Positions 1 to 10,291 are shown, counted from the stretch's first letter. The stretch is DNA of 64,000 nucleotides from Candidatus Bathyarchaeia archaeon (GCA_050013255.1 JBEKFP010000003.1:96001-160000); one strand, 5' to 3'. The notes: generated by a model not told the origin, from the letters alone. Made by a program: numbers and translations.

Positions 1-253
1 CTTCCTTGAGTTCAGTTTCAAGACCCCTCAGGGTGTTAATCTCCCTTCCCGAGACCATGATTAGAGCGTTGGGCCGAGGGTCCGAAGTCGTACTGTCCAT
101 GAGTAATGATCTGAGAGTCCTAAACTCTCCTAGCGCAAATATTCGCTCGATCGCAGACTTGACAGTGCGTTCATTCTCAGGAAGCTCAACGGTGAGACTG
201 TTCGCGCTGGCGGCTGACCTGAAGACGCCGTACAGTTTTAGTTGTACTCGCAT
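1..253 (-). CDS. MoaD/ThiS-family ubiquitin-like (SAMP) protein, C-terminus outside the window
   Basis: Manual translation from ATG at 253: MRVQLKLYGVFRSAA...PRPNALIMVSGREINTLRGLETELKE; beta-grasp MoaD pattern; absent from the ORF track because truncated. Confidence 0.8.
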   Translation of the reverse strand, partial: MRVQLKLYGVFRSAASANSLTVELPENERTVKSAIERIFALGEFRTLRSLLMDSTTSDPRPNALIMVSGREINTLRGLETELKE

Positions 254-467
254 CACTATTCTTCCGGAGGCCCGTCGAGTTTGCCCGCACTTATAGGATT
301 TGCACGAGCAAACTATGGTTTTCTAACACATTAGCATCAAAGCTCCAACTAGGCTAATGCCGCGAGACCTTCAATTTTTGCCTTGAAATAAGCAAGAATT
401 CTAATTCACAAGCGTTCGTAAACGAGTCATCTTTGCGATAAGAATCTCGCCCTCGTTTTCCGCGATT

Positions 468-3368
468 TTGACACGTAATGCTTACTTAATGTTATTAATT
501 ATTGTCCGGACCTCGCTTCGTCGAACAAAACAGTGGTTGGTTCCAGTGGGCAAGACGAAGCTATCAATCATACTGATTACCGTATCATTAATTGTGTTGG
601 CTGTTGGCGCGATTCCCGCGAGTGCGCAAATGGGCGTTTGGCGCGACATCAACCCAGACGCTTACATCACCCCGGCTGCGAACCCGCAATTGAATTCCAT
701 CTATATGCTGTCATCGACAGAGGGATGGGCTGTCGGAGATTCCAGACCGACCACAAATACGATACTGGCGCTCCCAGCAATATTCCACTATGACGGATCA
801 ACATGGAATATTGTCCCAGCGCCCAAATTCCCAAGCTTCCCCTATACGCAAGCCGCTTACAATTTGACCTCAGTAACGTTTGGGTCCCCAAACAATCCGA
901 TTAGTAGAAACGATGGTTGGGCGGTCGGTTTCAATGGTACACTAGGCGCTGTCGTTGTGGGCCCGCCATTAACCCAACCATGTTCTGTTGTACCCACTCC
1001 GACTTTGAATCCCTGCCAGTCGGTTGCTCTACACTGGGACGGCGTTACTTGGCGTGCGGAAACCGCCGGCTTAAGCGGCGCGGATGCGGGACCGCTGTGG
1101 TCAGCGTTCATGGTCAGTTCAACTGATATTTGGGCCGTAGGACAGAACGAGCTGGGAACTGCTGGGACATTTTGGCATTGGACTGGCGTTCCGGGACTCG
1201 GCGGAGGATGGAATGAACCACAAATACCAGTCAAGGGCACATTCTTCTATGGCGTGTTCATGGTGAGCGCAACTGAAGGTTGGGCCGTCGGGTCAGGTGG
1301 CGCAATCTACCATTACTTCGGCGGCGTTTGGACCGCTTCCAGTTCTCCCATAACGGTTCCGCTAAGATCCGTATACATGCTGAGCCCAACGGAGGGATGG
1401 GCGGCTGGCGACGGAGGCACTATCGCTCACTATGCAGCGGGTACGTGGACAGGTCCCGTTAGTCCGGGAACGACGTTCAACAACCTGTTGTCAGTATTCA
1501 TGATTTCCTCAACCGAAGGTTGGGCCTTCGGAAAAGCTGGCACGATACTTCATTATTCGGGCGGTTCATGGACGGCACTTCCACCTAACCTCGTACCAAC
1601 GACCCCAGTAGCATCATTGAACTTCAACTCAGCATATTTCACAAGCGCCACCGACGGATGGGGCGTTGGAACTGATGGAGTGGTTCTTCATTTCGACGGG
1701 ACAAACTACGGGACTATAACTAGCCCGACGATTAATAATTTCACATCAATTTCCTTCGGGCCACCCTTGACGGGTCCTATCGACCCGAATAATGGTTGGG
1801 CCGTAGGTAACGCGTCCACAACGGGAACCAACGAGCCGACGATTTATCATTGGAACGGATTTGTGTGGACGAAGGGTGTTGCTATTGGCGTTCAGAACAA
1901 TCTGAATTCCGTCTTCATGGTGAACGGTGGCGACGCGTGGACTGTGGGTGGCGGAGTCACGCACCTGACTGCTACGTGCGCGGTACTTCCATGCCCAGTG
2001 ATCCTGCATTTCACAGGAGGATCCTGGAATACCCTTACTCCGCCGTCAGGGTCCTACTTCCTCAATTCGGTTTTCATGGTGAGTTCGACCGAGGGATGGG
2101 CAGTTGGCCAGCAATCCGTGCCGCCGTACCTGTGCCCGCCGAGGCTGACAATGTGTACTACTGCCGGGATAATCCTTCATTACACAGTTACTGGAGGTGT
2201 AGGAACTTGGGCCATCTTTCCTGCTCCCTCGAGCCCCGCCCCTACGCCACCACTCAAATCAGTTTTCATGCTGGGCGCAAATGAGGGTTGGGCTGTAGGA
2301 GACAATGCGACGATCCTTCATTATACGGTGACCGGTGGCATCGGTACATGGAATCCTATAGTGGTTAGTGGAACGCCGGGGCTGAGCCCGAACGCGAATC
2401 TCACGTCCGTGTTCATGCTAAGCCCGACGAGCGGATGGGCTGTTGGTGGCATACAGGTATGCCCGGTTGGCTGTCTGGGTGCACTAAACGACGCCCCCGT
2501 TATCATTTACTGGGATGGAACAAAATGGGAACCGATAACCACGCCGCCAATTCCGGGCTTCATCACGCCGAGCGGACATACAAGTGGGATTCTCAAATCA
2601 GTCTTCTTCACTACGCCTAATGATGGTTGGGCGGTGGGCTATCCTGGAATGCTTGTGGCCAACATAATGCATTGGGATGGTACCGCTTGGAACCTTGTCA
2701 CCTTGTCCCCCTCTTTGCTCGGCGCCACCGCTACTGGTCTAGGAGGTGCGCCACCAATCCTCACGTCCATATACATGACCACTGAAACCAGTGGCTGGAT
2801 TGTTGGCGCTGAACCTGAATTCGGTTCTTCCACCTCCGACCCAACATTCTTCACTGATCCCACGATCCCACGGCAGGAATTCATGAAACCGCTTTCAACT
2901 ATCCTTAGGTTCGCGCCGTTCGGAGGTATTTTCTCAACGACCTCCACAAACACGCTAGTATCAACGGTGTCTACTTCCACGACTGCTCTGACAACAACCA
3001 TCACGACCTCGGTATCTACGGTGCCGGGCAGCGTGCCGATAACGATCAAGGTAGTCGACAGTCTAGGCAACCCGGTTCAGGGCGCAACCGTCAGTATTCC
3101 ATCACTAGGGATGCAAGGCCAAACGGATTCCCAGGGCACAATTACTTTCACAGTACCACTAGGAACATATACGGTGAATATCGCTAAAGGTTCAACTTCA
3201 GCGTCTCCTTCGATTAACGTCGTAAGCGGAGGTCAAACGTTTACCCTCACCTTAGCGGTGGGGGGCGCTGGTATTCCAGGGTTCCCGGTTGAATCAATCG
3301 CCGCGGGATTATTCTTGGGCATGATGGCGCTCCTGCTAGCGCGTCGTAAGCGGAGATCGAGAGTTTGA
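468..3368 (+). CDS. Large secreted surface protein with GWAVG (Ycf48/BNR-like beta-propeller) repeats, Thr-rich linker and PGF-CTERM-like anchor; likely start GTG 546
   Basis: Signal peptide, more than 10 'L.SVFM.S..EGWAVG' repeats, S/T tract, IPGFP + TM helix + RRKRR. Confidence 0.85.
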   Translation: MTRNAYLMLLIIVRTSLRRTKQWLVPVGKTKLSIILITVSLIVLAVGAIPASAQMGVWRDINPDAYITPAANPQLNSIYMLSSTEGWAVGDSRPTTNTILALPAIFHYDGSTWNIVPAPKFPSFPYTQAAYNLTSVTFGSPNNPISRNDGWAVGFNGTLGAVVVGPPLTQPCSVVPTPTLNPCQSVALHWDGVTWRAETAGLSGADAGPLWSAFMVSSTDIWAVGQNELGTAGTFWHWTGVPGLGGGWNEPQIPVKGTFFYGVFMVSATEGWAVGSGGAIYHYFGGVWTASSSPITVPLRSVYMLSPTEGWAAGDGGTIAHYAAGTWTGPVSPGTTFNNLLSVFMISSTEGWAFGKAGTILHYSGGSWTALPPNLVPTTPVASLNFNSAYFTSATDGWGVGTDGVVLHFDGTNYGTITSPTINNFTSISFGPPLTGPIDPNNGWAVGNASTTGTNEPTIYHWNGFVWTKGVAIGVQNNLNSVFMVNGGDAWTVGGGVTHLTATCAVLPCPVILHFTGGSWNTLTPPSGSYFLNSVFMVSSTEGWAVGQQSVPPYLCPPRLTMCTTAGIILHYTVTGGVGTWAIFPAPSSPAPTPPLKSVFMLGANEGWAVGDNATILHYTVTGGIGTWNPIVVSGTPGLSPNANLTSVFMLSPTSGWAVGGIQVCPVGCLGALNDAPVIIYWDGTKWEPITTPPIPGFITPSGHTSGILKSVFFTTPNDGWAVGYPGMLVANIMHWDGTAWNLVTLSPSLLGATATGLGGAPPILTSIYMTTETSGWIVGAEPEFGSSTSDPTFFTDPTIPRQEFMKPLSTILRFAPFGGIFSTTSTNTLVSTVSTSTTALTTTITTSVSTVPGSVPITIKVVDSLGNPVQGATVSIPSLGMQGQTDSQGTITFTVPLGTYTVNIAKGSTSASPSINVVSGGQTFTLTLAVGGAGIPGFPVESIAAGLFLGMMALLLARRKRRSRV

Positions 3369-3547
3369 CCGCGGAGGAAAATCCGATGCACAACCGCCGT
3401 ATCAGAATGGCGAACATCACTGCCACGCTTCCAGTCCAATTGCTGGATAGGGTGGATGAGCTAATCGATAATGACAGGGCACCATCTAGGTCATACGTGA
3501 TACGAGAGGCTGTTACGAAATACCTGAAGGACTTTGAGAGGAAGTAA
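3365..3547 (+). CDS. CopG/ribbon-helix-helix DNA-binding protein
   Basis: ITATLPVQLLDRVDELI...SRSYVIREAV RHH signature. Confidence 0.75.
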   Translation: MTAEENPMHNRRIRMANITATLPVQLLDRVDELIDNDRAPSRSYVIREAVTKYLKDFERK

Positions 3548-3568
3548 TGTATTTGTGTGGCATAAGAA

Positions 3569-3659
3569 AACGAACTCATCGACGAGCAGGGCTCCCTCTC
3601 GCTGATACATTATTAGAGAGGCTGTAAGGAAGTATCTCAGGGAGCTCAAGCATAATTGA
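3569..3659 (+). pseudogene. Degenerate tandem duplicate of the 3' part of the RHH gene
   Basis: NELIDE/RAPSR*YIIREAVRKYLRELKHN parallels DELIDNDRAPSRSYVIREAVTKYLKDFERK, with a frameshift and a TGA. Confidence 0.75.
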
Positions 3660-3722
3660 CGTGTTCGTGTGGCACAGGACAACACTCAAATAGCATGACG
3701 TACACCTCAGCGACCAGTTGGT

Positions 3723-6320
3723 ATGAAGGTCAGGTCTGAATTGTCTAAGAGGAAGCTTCCGATTCTCCTAGCACTCGCGGTTTCCGTCATTATTTTGGTG
3801 TCGAGTTTAGTGCCTTCAACAGTCGCGACAGCCGGACAATGGCGGCTGCTGAACCCCACCGAGTATGTGCCGGTTCCCGGTCCGACATCAAATCTGAAGA
3901 GCGTGTTCATGATTAACGGTGGAACAAGCGGGAAAGGCAGCGGCAACGGTTGGGCCGTGGGTGAAGATGGGCTGATATTCTTCTGGGACGGATTTTCATG
4001 GAACCAAGCCACTCCACCTTCTTCGACATGCACCTATGATTCGGTCAATTTCGGAGGGCCACTGAACCCCATTTCGAACGGTGTACAGACAACCTCTGGA
4101 TGGACAGTCGGACTGTGCGGGACTGCCGCGACTTCACTCTACTGGAGCGGGGTTGGATGGCAAAGCTACCCAGTTCCCGCGTCGGGAGCATCTGAAGCGA
4201 GGTCCGTTTTCCTGATCAAGTCGGCATCATCGACCACCGACAACGTGATTGCGATTGCCGTAGGCAACGATGCAGGTTTTCCTGGCGGGGCGATCTGGAC
4301 TTGGAACGGAGTTCCAGGAAACGGCGGAGGCTGGGTTGAACTCCCTTCAGCGCCTACACCGAATAATCTCAACTCGGTATACATGACACAAGCTTACCTT
4401 TCGACCTGCGTCGGGCCCGGTGTTCAAGGAGTCGCCGTAGGTGACTTGGGGACTATACTCACAGATTGCGGGACTTGGAGTGCTGCTGCGACCCCCGTGG
4501 CCGCAAACCTGTACGGCGTCGCGATGTCTTCCTCGACGAGCGGCTGGGCCGTTGGAGCCTCCTGCACGATTATACGCACAACTAACGGTGTAACCTGGGC
4601 TCAGTATACGCCGATACCGTGCCTCGACCCCACCAAAACGTTAAGGTCCGTCGTACTGCTAAGCTCATCAGAAGGTTGGGCCGTAGGCGATTCAGACGCC
4701 AATGGTCATCCCGCTATACTTCACGGGACATCCCTAGATTCATCGCCTCAATGGACACAGGTTCCGGTCAATCAAGTAACCCCCACAGGACCGGTATCAG
4801 GTATAGGCCTCAATTCCATAACCTTCGCCACTTCGGGCGGAAACCTATGGGCGGTTGGTGCGTCGGGTGTTGCTGCTTTCTGCCAGAACAACTGCAGTTC
4901 AATGTCAAGCTCGATTTGGAGTACCACAACATCCCCATTGACGGGCGCCGCTACTCCCTATCAGCTGAATTCCGTATACATGGACAGTGACAGCGACGGA
5001 TGGGCCGTAGGCCAAGCCAATCCTTTGGGCGCGCCTGTCTTGATTCAGTGGAACGGATACAGCTGGACTCAAGCCGCTTCTGTGCTTCCTGTTGTTACAG
5101 CGCCTCTGTACGGCGTGGCCATGTCGGGCTCATCGAACGCGTGGGCAGTAGGTGGAACGAGTACGAACGTTCCATCAACCCTCTATTTCAACGGTAACAC
5201 ATGGACCGGAGTCGCCGCTCCAAGCTGCACCTGCATTCTCAAGTCTGCATTCATGATAAGCGGGTCCGAAACTTGGTCAGTTGGGACAAATGGAGTAATC
5301 ATGCACTCTACTACACAGGGTGGAACCTTCTCGTCTACCACCAGTCCTGTCCCGGCAGCAGCGACTCTGGATACTGTCTTCTTCACGGATTCGCAGAACG
5401 GCTGGGCCGGTGGAACATGTACCGCAGTTACAGCTAACTGCTTGGCTGTTGGTGATCCGATAATAATCCACACGGCGACCGATGGGGGCGATAACTGGGG
5501 CACGATTTTTACGGCCAGCCTCGGCCTACCCGTAACATCACCTACCTCCTATACTATTACATCGTTGTTCTTCCAAGACAACACCCACGGTTGGGCGACT
5601 GCGTCAAGCGGGTTCGCGAATCCCACCCTCATCCTTTTCTGGAACGGCGTTTCGTGGACTAAGGCTTCCCCAATAACGACGCATCCAAACGACGACTTGT
5701 TCGGTATCTCAGTGGAAGGAGGCACTCCTGCAACCGACGGTTGGGCAGTCGGACAGGATAGCGCCACAAGTATTCCGATGACGCTTCACTATGATGGTAC
5801 CTCGTGGACGGAGATGTCTCTGACCCCCGCCATTCCAAATCCGGCGGTGCCGTCCCCGAACGGTGGGCTACTTGCGCTCTATCTTAGGTCAAGCACTAAC
5901 GGTTTGGCCGTCGGCACGGGCTTTGGTGCTAATACGCTCGCAACAATTCTTCACCTCGACCCTCCGGGCTCATTCCAGAACACCGTTGTACAACAGACAA
6001 CTGTAACGAACATCGTCACGACAACTCCAAGTGCAACTTCAATTACGAGCAGCACATCGGTCACTTCAACGAGTTCATCAACGACGGCGAGTAGTTCATC
6101 AACGACGACGAGTACCTTACCACCGACTACGATAGTGAGCACATCGATGGCGACAGTCACGGTCGGGAACACACCCACAACTACGACTTCGCAGGCTACA
6201 AGTTCGGTTTCAACGCCTATGGCGCTGCCCCCAATCCCAGGCTTCCCACTGGAATCGATCCTTGCAGGCATACTCGTTGGCATCGCGGCCCTGACAATTC
6301 TCAGACGACGCAGAAAGTAG
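3723..6320 (+). CDS. Paralogous secreted GWAVG-repeat surface protein with Ser/Thr stalk and PGF-CTERM-like anchor
   Basis: Signal peptide, repeated GWAVG, long S/T linker, IPGFPLES + TM + RRRRK. Confidence 0.85.
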   Translation: MKVRSELSKRKLPILLALAVSVIILVSSLVPSTVATAGQWRLLNPTEYVPVPGPTSNLKSVFMINGGTSGKGSGNGWAVGEDGLIFFWDGFSWNQATPPSSTCTYDSVNFGGPLNPISNGVQTTSGWTVGLCGTAATSLYWSGVGWQSYPVPASGASEARSVFLIKSASSTTDNVIAIAVGNDAGFPGGAIWTWNGVPGNGGGWVELPSAPTPNNLNSVYMTQAYLSTCVGPGVQGVAVGDLGTILTDCGTWSAAATPVAANLYGVAMSSSTSGWAVGASCTIIRTTNGVTWAQYTPIPCLDPTKTLRSVVLLSSSEGWAVGDSDANGHPAILHGTSLDSSPQWTQVPVNQVTPTGPVSGIGLNSITFATSGGNLWAVGASGVAAFCQNNCSSMSSSIWSTTTSPLTGAATPYQLNSVYMDSDSDGWAVGQANPLGAPVLIQWNGYSWTQAASVLPVVTAPLYGVAMSGSSNAWAVGGTSTNVPSTLYFNGNTWTGVAAPSCTCILKSAFMISGSETWSVGTNGVIMHSTTQGGTFSSTTSPVPAAATLDTVFFTDSQNGWAGGTCTAVTANCLAVGDPIIIHTATDGGDNWGTIFTASLGLPVTSPTSYTITSLFFQDNTHGWATASSGFANPTLILFWNGVSWTKASPITTHPNDDLFGISVEGGTPATDGWAVGQDSATSIPMTLHYDGTSWTEMSLTPAIPNPAVPSPNGGLLALYLRSSTNGLAVGTGFGANTLATILHLDPPGSFQNTVVQQTTVTNIVTTTPSATSITSSTSVTSTSSSTTASSSSTTTSTLPPTTIVSTSMATVTVGNTPTTTTSQATSSVSTPMALPPIPGFPLESILAGILVGIAALTILRRRRK

Positions 6321-6529
6321 GCCGCCGTGCTTCGTCTCAGGTTACAACCTGACACGCTCTTTGCGCCATCCCAACGATGCTCTCTATGGCTGAGACAATC
6401 AACGTTAGGCTTCAACTACGCAACAGACTGTTAAACCACCGCATCATGGCCACTGGAAAATGACATGGGTTTGAGGGTTTTTGCGGGTAGCTTTATCTTC
6501 CGAGCTTCCAACACGACTGTTGATTTCGG

Positions 6530-7081
6530 TTGAGGCTCAAATCACTAATCACAATGTGCATCGTTCTGGCGGCTTTAGTTGGTACGTTGAGTTTAACCGC
6601 CCCTGCCTCAGCTAACAGCCCGCAAGAGACAACCAGCATTAGTTTCACAATCACAACGACAACGAACTACCCAGTCCAAACGGGCGGCATGTTACAGGTG
6701 AATTTTAACTCGGTTCAAGTGGACACTGTTCCCCCGCAGGCCTACTCGTTCGGGGTTAACGCCAAGACTTCTCTAGGCTTGTGGATAACCAGGCTGCACT
6801 GGGAGTTTGGCGACGGTGCATTCCTGGATGTTCCATATTGTTGCCAGAGCCAGGTCAGCGAGGTACAGAACCACGCTTACTCTCAACCAGGCTCATACAC
6901 GGTAGTCGTAGTGGCTTATGATAACTCGGGGAACTTTGGCGACGCATTCGTCACCGTAAACTGGGTACAACCTGTCCCAGAGTACCAAACCCCCGGCCTA
7001 CCACTCTTAATGTCCGTGTTTGCAGTCCTCGTAGTCGCGACATATGCAAAGAGCAAACGCCCCGTCCGCAGGCCTGTCTAA
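6530..7081 (+). CDS. Secreted PKD-domain protein with PEF-CTERM-like anchor
   Basis: WEFGDG and HAYSQPGSYTV PKD motifs; VPEY + TM + basic tail. Confidence 0.8.
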   Translation: MRLKSLITMCIVLAALVGTLSLTAPASANSPQETTSISFTITTTTNYPVQTGGMLQVNFNSVQVDTVPPQAYSFGVNAKTSLGLWITRLHWEFGDGAFLDVPYCCQSQVSEVQNHAYSQPGSYTVVVVAYDNSGNFGDAFVTVNWVQPVPEYQTPGLPLLMSVFAVLVVATYAKSKRPVRRPV

Positions 7082-7220
7082 TTCACCAAGGGTTACCTTC
7101 CCTTGGCACCGTTTGGCACCACCCCTTGATGGGTGGATCCACCCTAGCCCATGCCAGCTTGGTGCAACAGAACCCTTTTTCCCAGCTTAAAAAGGCCTTA
7201 TATATTGAAGGTGGTTACGA

Positions 7221-7838
7221 GTGCCCAATTCCCCCCTATATAAGGTGACCAATCTGCCGGTCAAGAAGGCATTCATCAACGTCGAAAACGTCGTCGCCTC
7301 CGCGACCCTTCACCAGAATATCGACCTAAATTCAATCGTTCGCGTTTTCCCCGGCGTCGAATACCGACCCGAACAATTCCCCGGGCTCGTGTACAGGCTG
7401 AAGAAACCGAAAACGGCCACACTGATCTTCAGCTCGGGAAAGATGGTATGCACCGGTGCGAAGTCGGAGCGGCAAGCTAGGAAGGCTGTAATGAAAGTTG
7501 TCGATGAACTGAAGAGGAATGGCATCGTCATACTTGGCAAGCCGGAAATTATGATTCAGAATATTGTTGCGTCAGCCGGCCTCGGCGGAGCCATCGACCT
7601 GGAAAAGTCCACCTACTCGCTTAAACGCACGATGTACGAGCCAGAACAATTTCCAGGCCTAATCTACCGAATGGACGACCCGAAAGTCGTCATACTTCTA
7701 TTCGCGAGCGGAAAATTAGTCTGCACAGGGGCGAAGAAGGAAACAGAAGTTCACAGGGCCGTCAATAAGCTTCAAGAAACACTTGAGGAAAAAGTTCTCA
7801 TAGCATACGAAGCACCCGAGGCGACCCCCAAATCCTAA
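7221..7838 (+). CDS. tbp: TATA-box binding protein
   Basis: Two TBP repeats: ENVVAS, YRPEQFPGL, LIFSSGKMVCTGAKS / QNIVAS, YEPEQFPGL, LLFASGKLVCTGAK. Confidence 0.98.
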   Translation: MPNSPLYKVTNLPVKKAFINVENVVASATLHQNIDLNSIVRVFPGVEYRPEQFPGLVYRLKKPKTATLIFSSGKMVCTGAKSERQARKAVMKVVDELKRNGIVILGKPEIMIQNIVASAGLGGAIDLEKSTYSLKRTMYEPEQFPGLIYRMDDPKVVILLFASGKLVCTGAKKETEVHRAVNKLQETLEEKVLIAYEAPEATPKS

Positions 7839-7883
7839 GGGCGGAAGCGAAAATGAGCAAGGCCCGCCAGTAGCCTCTATTGA

Positions 7884-8153
7884 TTGGCAATGGCGGAGAA
7901 ACGAAAGATCGCGGCCTACATTCTGATTAAGATCGCTCCAGGCAAGTCGAGGAACATTACCGATCAGTTATCGAAGATCGAAGGCGTAAAGACAGCGCAC
8001 CCGGTCACGGGTATGTTCGATATCATCGCATACCTTGAAGCTGCCGACATCAACAACCTCACCGGAACCGTTAGGACACGCATACAAACATTAGGCGGCG
8101 TGCTTCGCACACACACTGCAATAGTGGGTGAACTCGTCACTACAGGTGACTGA
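7884..8153 (+). CDS. Lrp/AsnC ligand-binding (RAM) domain protein
   Basis: AYILIK..PG, VTGMFDII, GVLRTHT motifs. Confidence 0.88.
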   Translation: MAMAEKRKIAAYILIKIAPGKSRNITDQLSKIEGVKTAHPVTGMFDIIAYLEAADINNLTGTVRTRIQTLGGVLRTHTAIVGELVTTGD

Positions 8154-8198
8154 GACCCAAACACGCTTTGTTTCTTGAGGTATTCGCGAAGCTATGCT

Positions 8199-8741
8199 CT
8201 ACTTGTGCTTCCTAGCAGATTTCGATTCGCTATATTCAACAAAGATGATTAACGCAATTAATAGAATTATGAGAGTAATCCCTAGAGGTCCGCGGAGTTC
8301 TAGGCTTATCAGCCCGATGTAAGGGATTTTCATTACGTACACTCCCATGAGGTTCTCAGCGGGCACCCTCCAGCCATCCTGAACGCCATTGTGGTCGCCC
8401 TTAGTTTCGAAGAAAAGTGAGCCTCCATCGTTGAGCACAGCAATAACGCGATGGACTATCGGCATGTCATATTCGTACGGGCTGTGGAAGATGATGATTG
8501 TTCCCACCGTCACGCTTTGTGGGTCTACGCCCCGAACAATGATGATGTCCCCAACGTTCAGTACGGGCACCATGCTTCCCGATGAGACGACCATTAACGG
8601 GGAATCTGTGTGAAGCGCTAAACGCATCACCTCAACCCCTCCATAGGTTGCCGCGAAAAGTATGGCGATGAGAATCAGGACGCGCACAGTAGGATTCTTG
8701 AATGCTCGGACGGCTTTTGAGAAAGGACTGTCCTTAGACAA
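8199..8741 (-). CDS. Signal peptidase I (Sec11/S26B)
   Basis: VSSGSMVP, GDIII, IVHRV, TKGDHN motifs. Confidence 0.93.
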   Translation of the reverse strand: MSKDSPFSKAVRAFKNPTVRVLILIAILFAATYGGVEVMRLALHTDSPLMVVSSGSMVPVLNVGDIIIVRGVDPQSVTVGTIIIFHSPYEYDMPIVHRVIAVLNDGGSLFFETKGDHNGVQDGWRVPAENLMGVYVMKIPYIGLISLELRGPLGITLIILLIALIIFVEYSESKSARKHK

Positions 8742-8806
8742 GCTTAGGTCGCAACCTCGAAACCACCCATCATTGATATTACTTTCGCATTTCCTACGCG
8801 CCTGAG

Positions 8807-9151
8807 TCAGGGCTTTGAACCCGACGGCTGCCCTTGCATGAGTCGGGCAAGTTCAAGCGTGGCGCGCTCCCCCGCCTCTAAGAAACTGATTCCGCCTTCG
8901 GTGATTTTGTAGATGCGACGGCCGCGGCCCTTTTCCGATTCCCATTCTCCCTGAATGTAACCATCCTCTTCAAGTGAATGTAGCAACGGATAGAGTGTTC
9001 CCGCGCTCAGGTAGACTCGATACTTGTCTCGGATTGCAATATTTACTTCGTAACCCCATTGAGGCTTCGCGCGTAGGAGCCTAAGTATGATTAGGTCAAG
9101 GTTGTTCTTGACCACCCGCTCTCGCCAATCTTTCTCCATGTTTCTTATCAA
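8807..9151 (-). CDS. PadR-family transcriptional regulator
   Basis: GYEV, GTLYPLLHSLEEDGYI, RRIYKITEGG. Confidence 0.92.
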   Translation of the reverse strand: MIRNMEKDWRERVVKNNLDLIILRLLRAKPQWGYEVNIAIRDKYRVYLSAGTLYPLLHSLEEDGYIQGEWESEKGRGRRIYKITEGGISFLEAGERATLELARLMQGQPSGSKP

Positions 9152-9281
9152 GCGTTAAGCCTCGCGACTTCTTGACATGCAAGCGATTAGTGGAATACGG
9201 TTACTCCCTTCATGCCCTGAATTATAAGTTCCCATTGGTTTCGGGCAATATGGCAGGAGGTCGGTCGGTGATGTTTACTGT

Positions 9282-9509
9282 TTATTCAACTATGTTGACT
9301 TGGCTTCCTTGACCGAGGCCAAGTGGCTGCTCTTCGAATTTCACTACGAGAAAGTCTGTCTCAATCCCGATGACTTTGCCTTTGAAATCCTTGGTCTTCG
9401 AGAATTGGAAGCTTGCATCGTGACCGATGAAACGGTCCAAGTCTGTCTCGGAGACTGTTATCCATGCCTTGTTTTCAGCGTCGTCAAATGTGATAACCAC
9501 GCCTATCAA
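9282..9509 (-). CDS. Small acidic protein resembling the ribosomal L35Ae fold
   Basis: MIGVVITF...FIG...FKGKV...VVKFE..PLG..QGSQVNIV parallels the archaeal L35Ae pattern; by-eye alignment only. Confidence 0.45.
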   Translation of the reverse strand: MIGVVITFDDAENKAWITVSETDLDRFIGHDASFQFSKTKDFKGKVIGIETDFLVVKFEEQPLGLGQGSQVNIVE

Positions 9510-9604
9510 TTTAGCCGACCTAGTTGGGTAGGTAACAGTTGTGAGTCTTGAAGTTTTCCAACAGACTCAGTCTAACTGCCGGCATGGCTTCGGTATTTAG
9601 CCCT

Positions 9605-10090
9605 CTACTCACCATTCCCTATTTCCTCCAGCCTTTGCCTTCGTCTTTCCTCAGCCTCCTTCCAGCGGCGTTTTTCCTCGTCCGTCTCGAGTTTCAAGAG
9701 GGGGACTTGGATGGGTCTATGAGACTTGTCGAGGGCGACGTAGGTGAGGAAACATGTGCCCGTGTGCCTAACTTCTCCTGTTATGGGATTTTCAGCTTCG
9801 ACGCGGACACCAATTTCCATCGAAGTTCTGTGAACGTAATTGATGGAACCGATTAGACGTAGCATGTCGCCGATGTAGACTGGGGAATAGAAGTCCATTC
9901 GGTCTATTGATGCAGTTACCACGTTGCTGCGGGCGTGCTTGAGGGCGACAATGGATGCTGCTTCATCAATCATCCTGAGTATGCTGCCGCCGAATACGTT
10001 TCCCGCTACATTCGCATCCATGGGCATCATTATTCGGACCATGGTGGTTGACGATTGACTTGGAGTCTTCGCGGTTTGAGCCATAATCAT
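9605..10090 (-). CDS. Acyl-CoA thioesterase (hotdog fold)
   Basis: DANVAGNVFGGSILRMIDE, VVTASID, RTSMEIGV. Confidence 0.93.
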   Translation of the reverse strand: MIMAQTAKTPSQSSTTMVRIMMPMDANVAGNVFGGSILRMIDEAASIVALKHARSNVVTASIDRMDFYSPVYIGDMLRLIGSINYVHRTSMEIGVRVEAENPITGEVRHTGTCFLTYVALDKSHRPIQVPLLKLETDEEKRRWKEAEERRRQRLEEIGNGE

Positions 10091-10291
10091 TGACCGAATG
10101 TCAAGGGTAGTAATCTTATGGAATAACGGTTTCTCTGGTTGAATTCAGGGCCGTGGGTCGATTCGAGAGCCTTCACGAGTGGATCTACTCAAGAATTGGT
10201 TGTTTGGGCAGCCACACCTTTCACCTTAGTTTTGGTTTGGAAAGAATTAATATAGATAAGAGCCTAGGCCCGCCTTAGTTCACTTTGTACG

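Noticed and set aside
6-296. Plus-strand 96-aa ORF
   Set aside because: Antisense shadow of the MoaD-like gene
468-6320. Diversity-generating retroelement acting on surface paralogues
   Set aside because: No reverse transcriptase and no adenine-specific TR/VR pair seen
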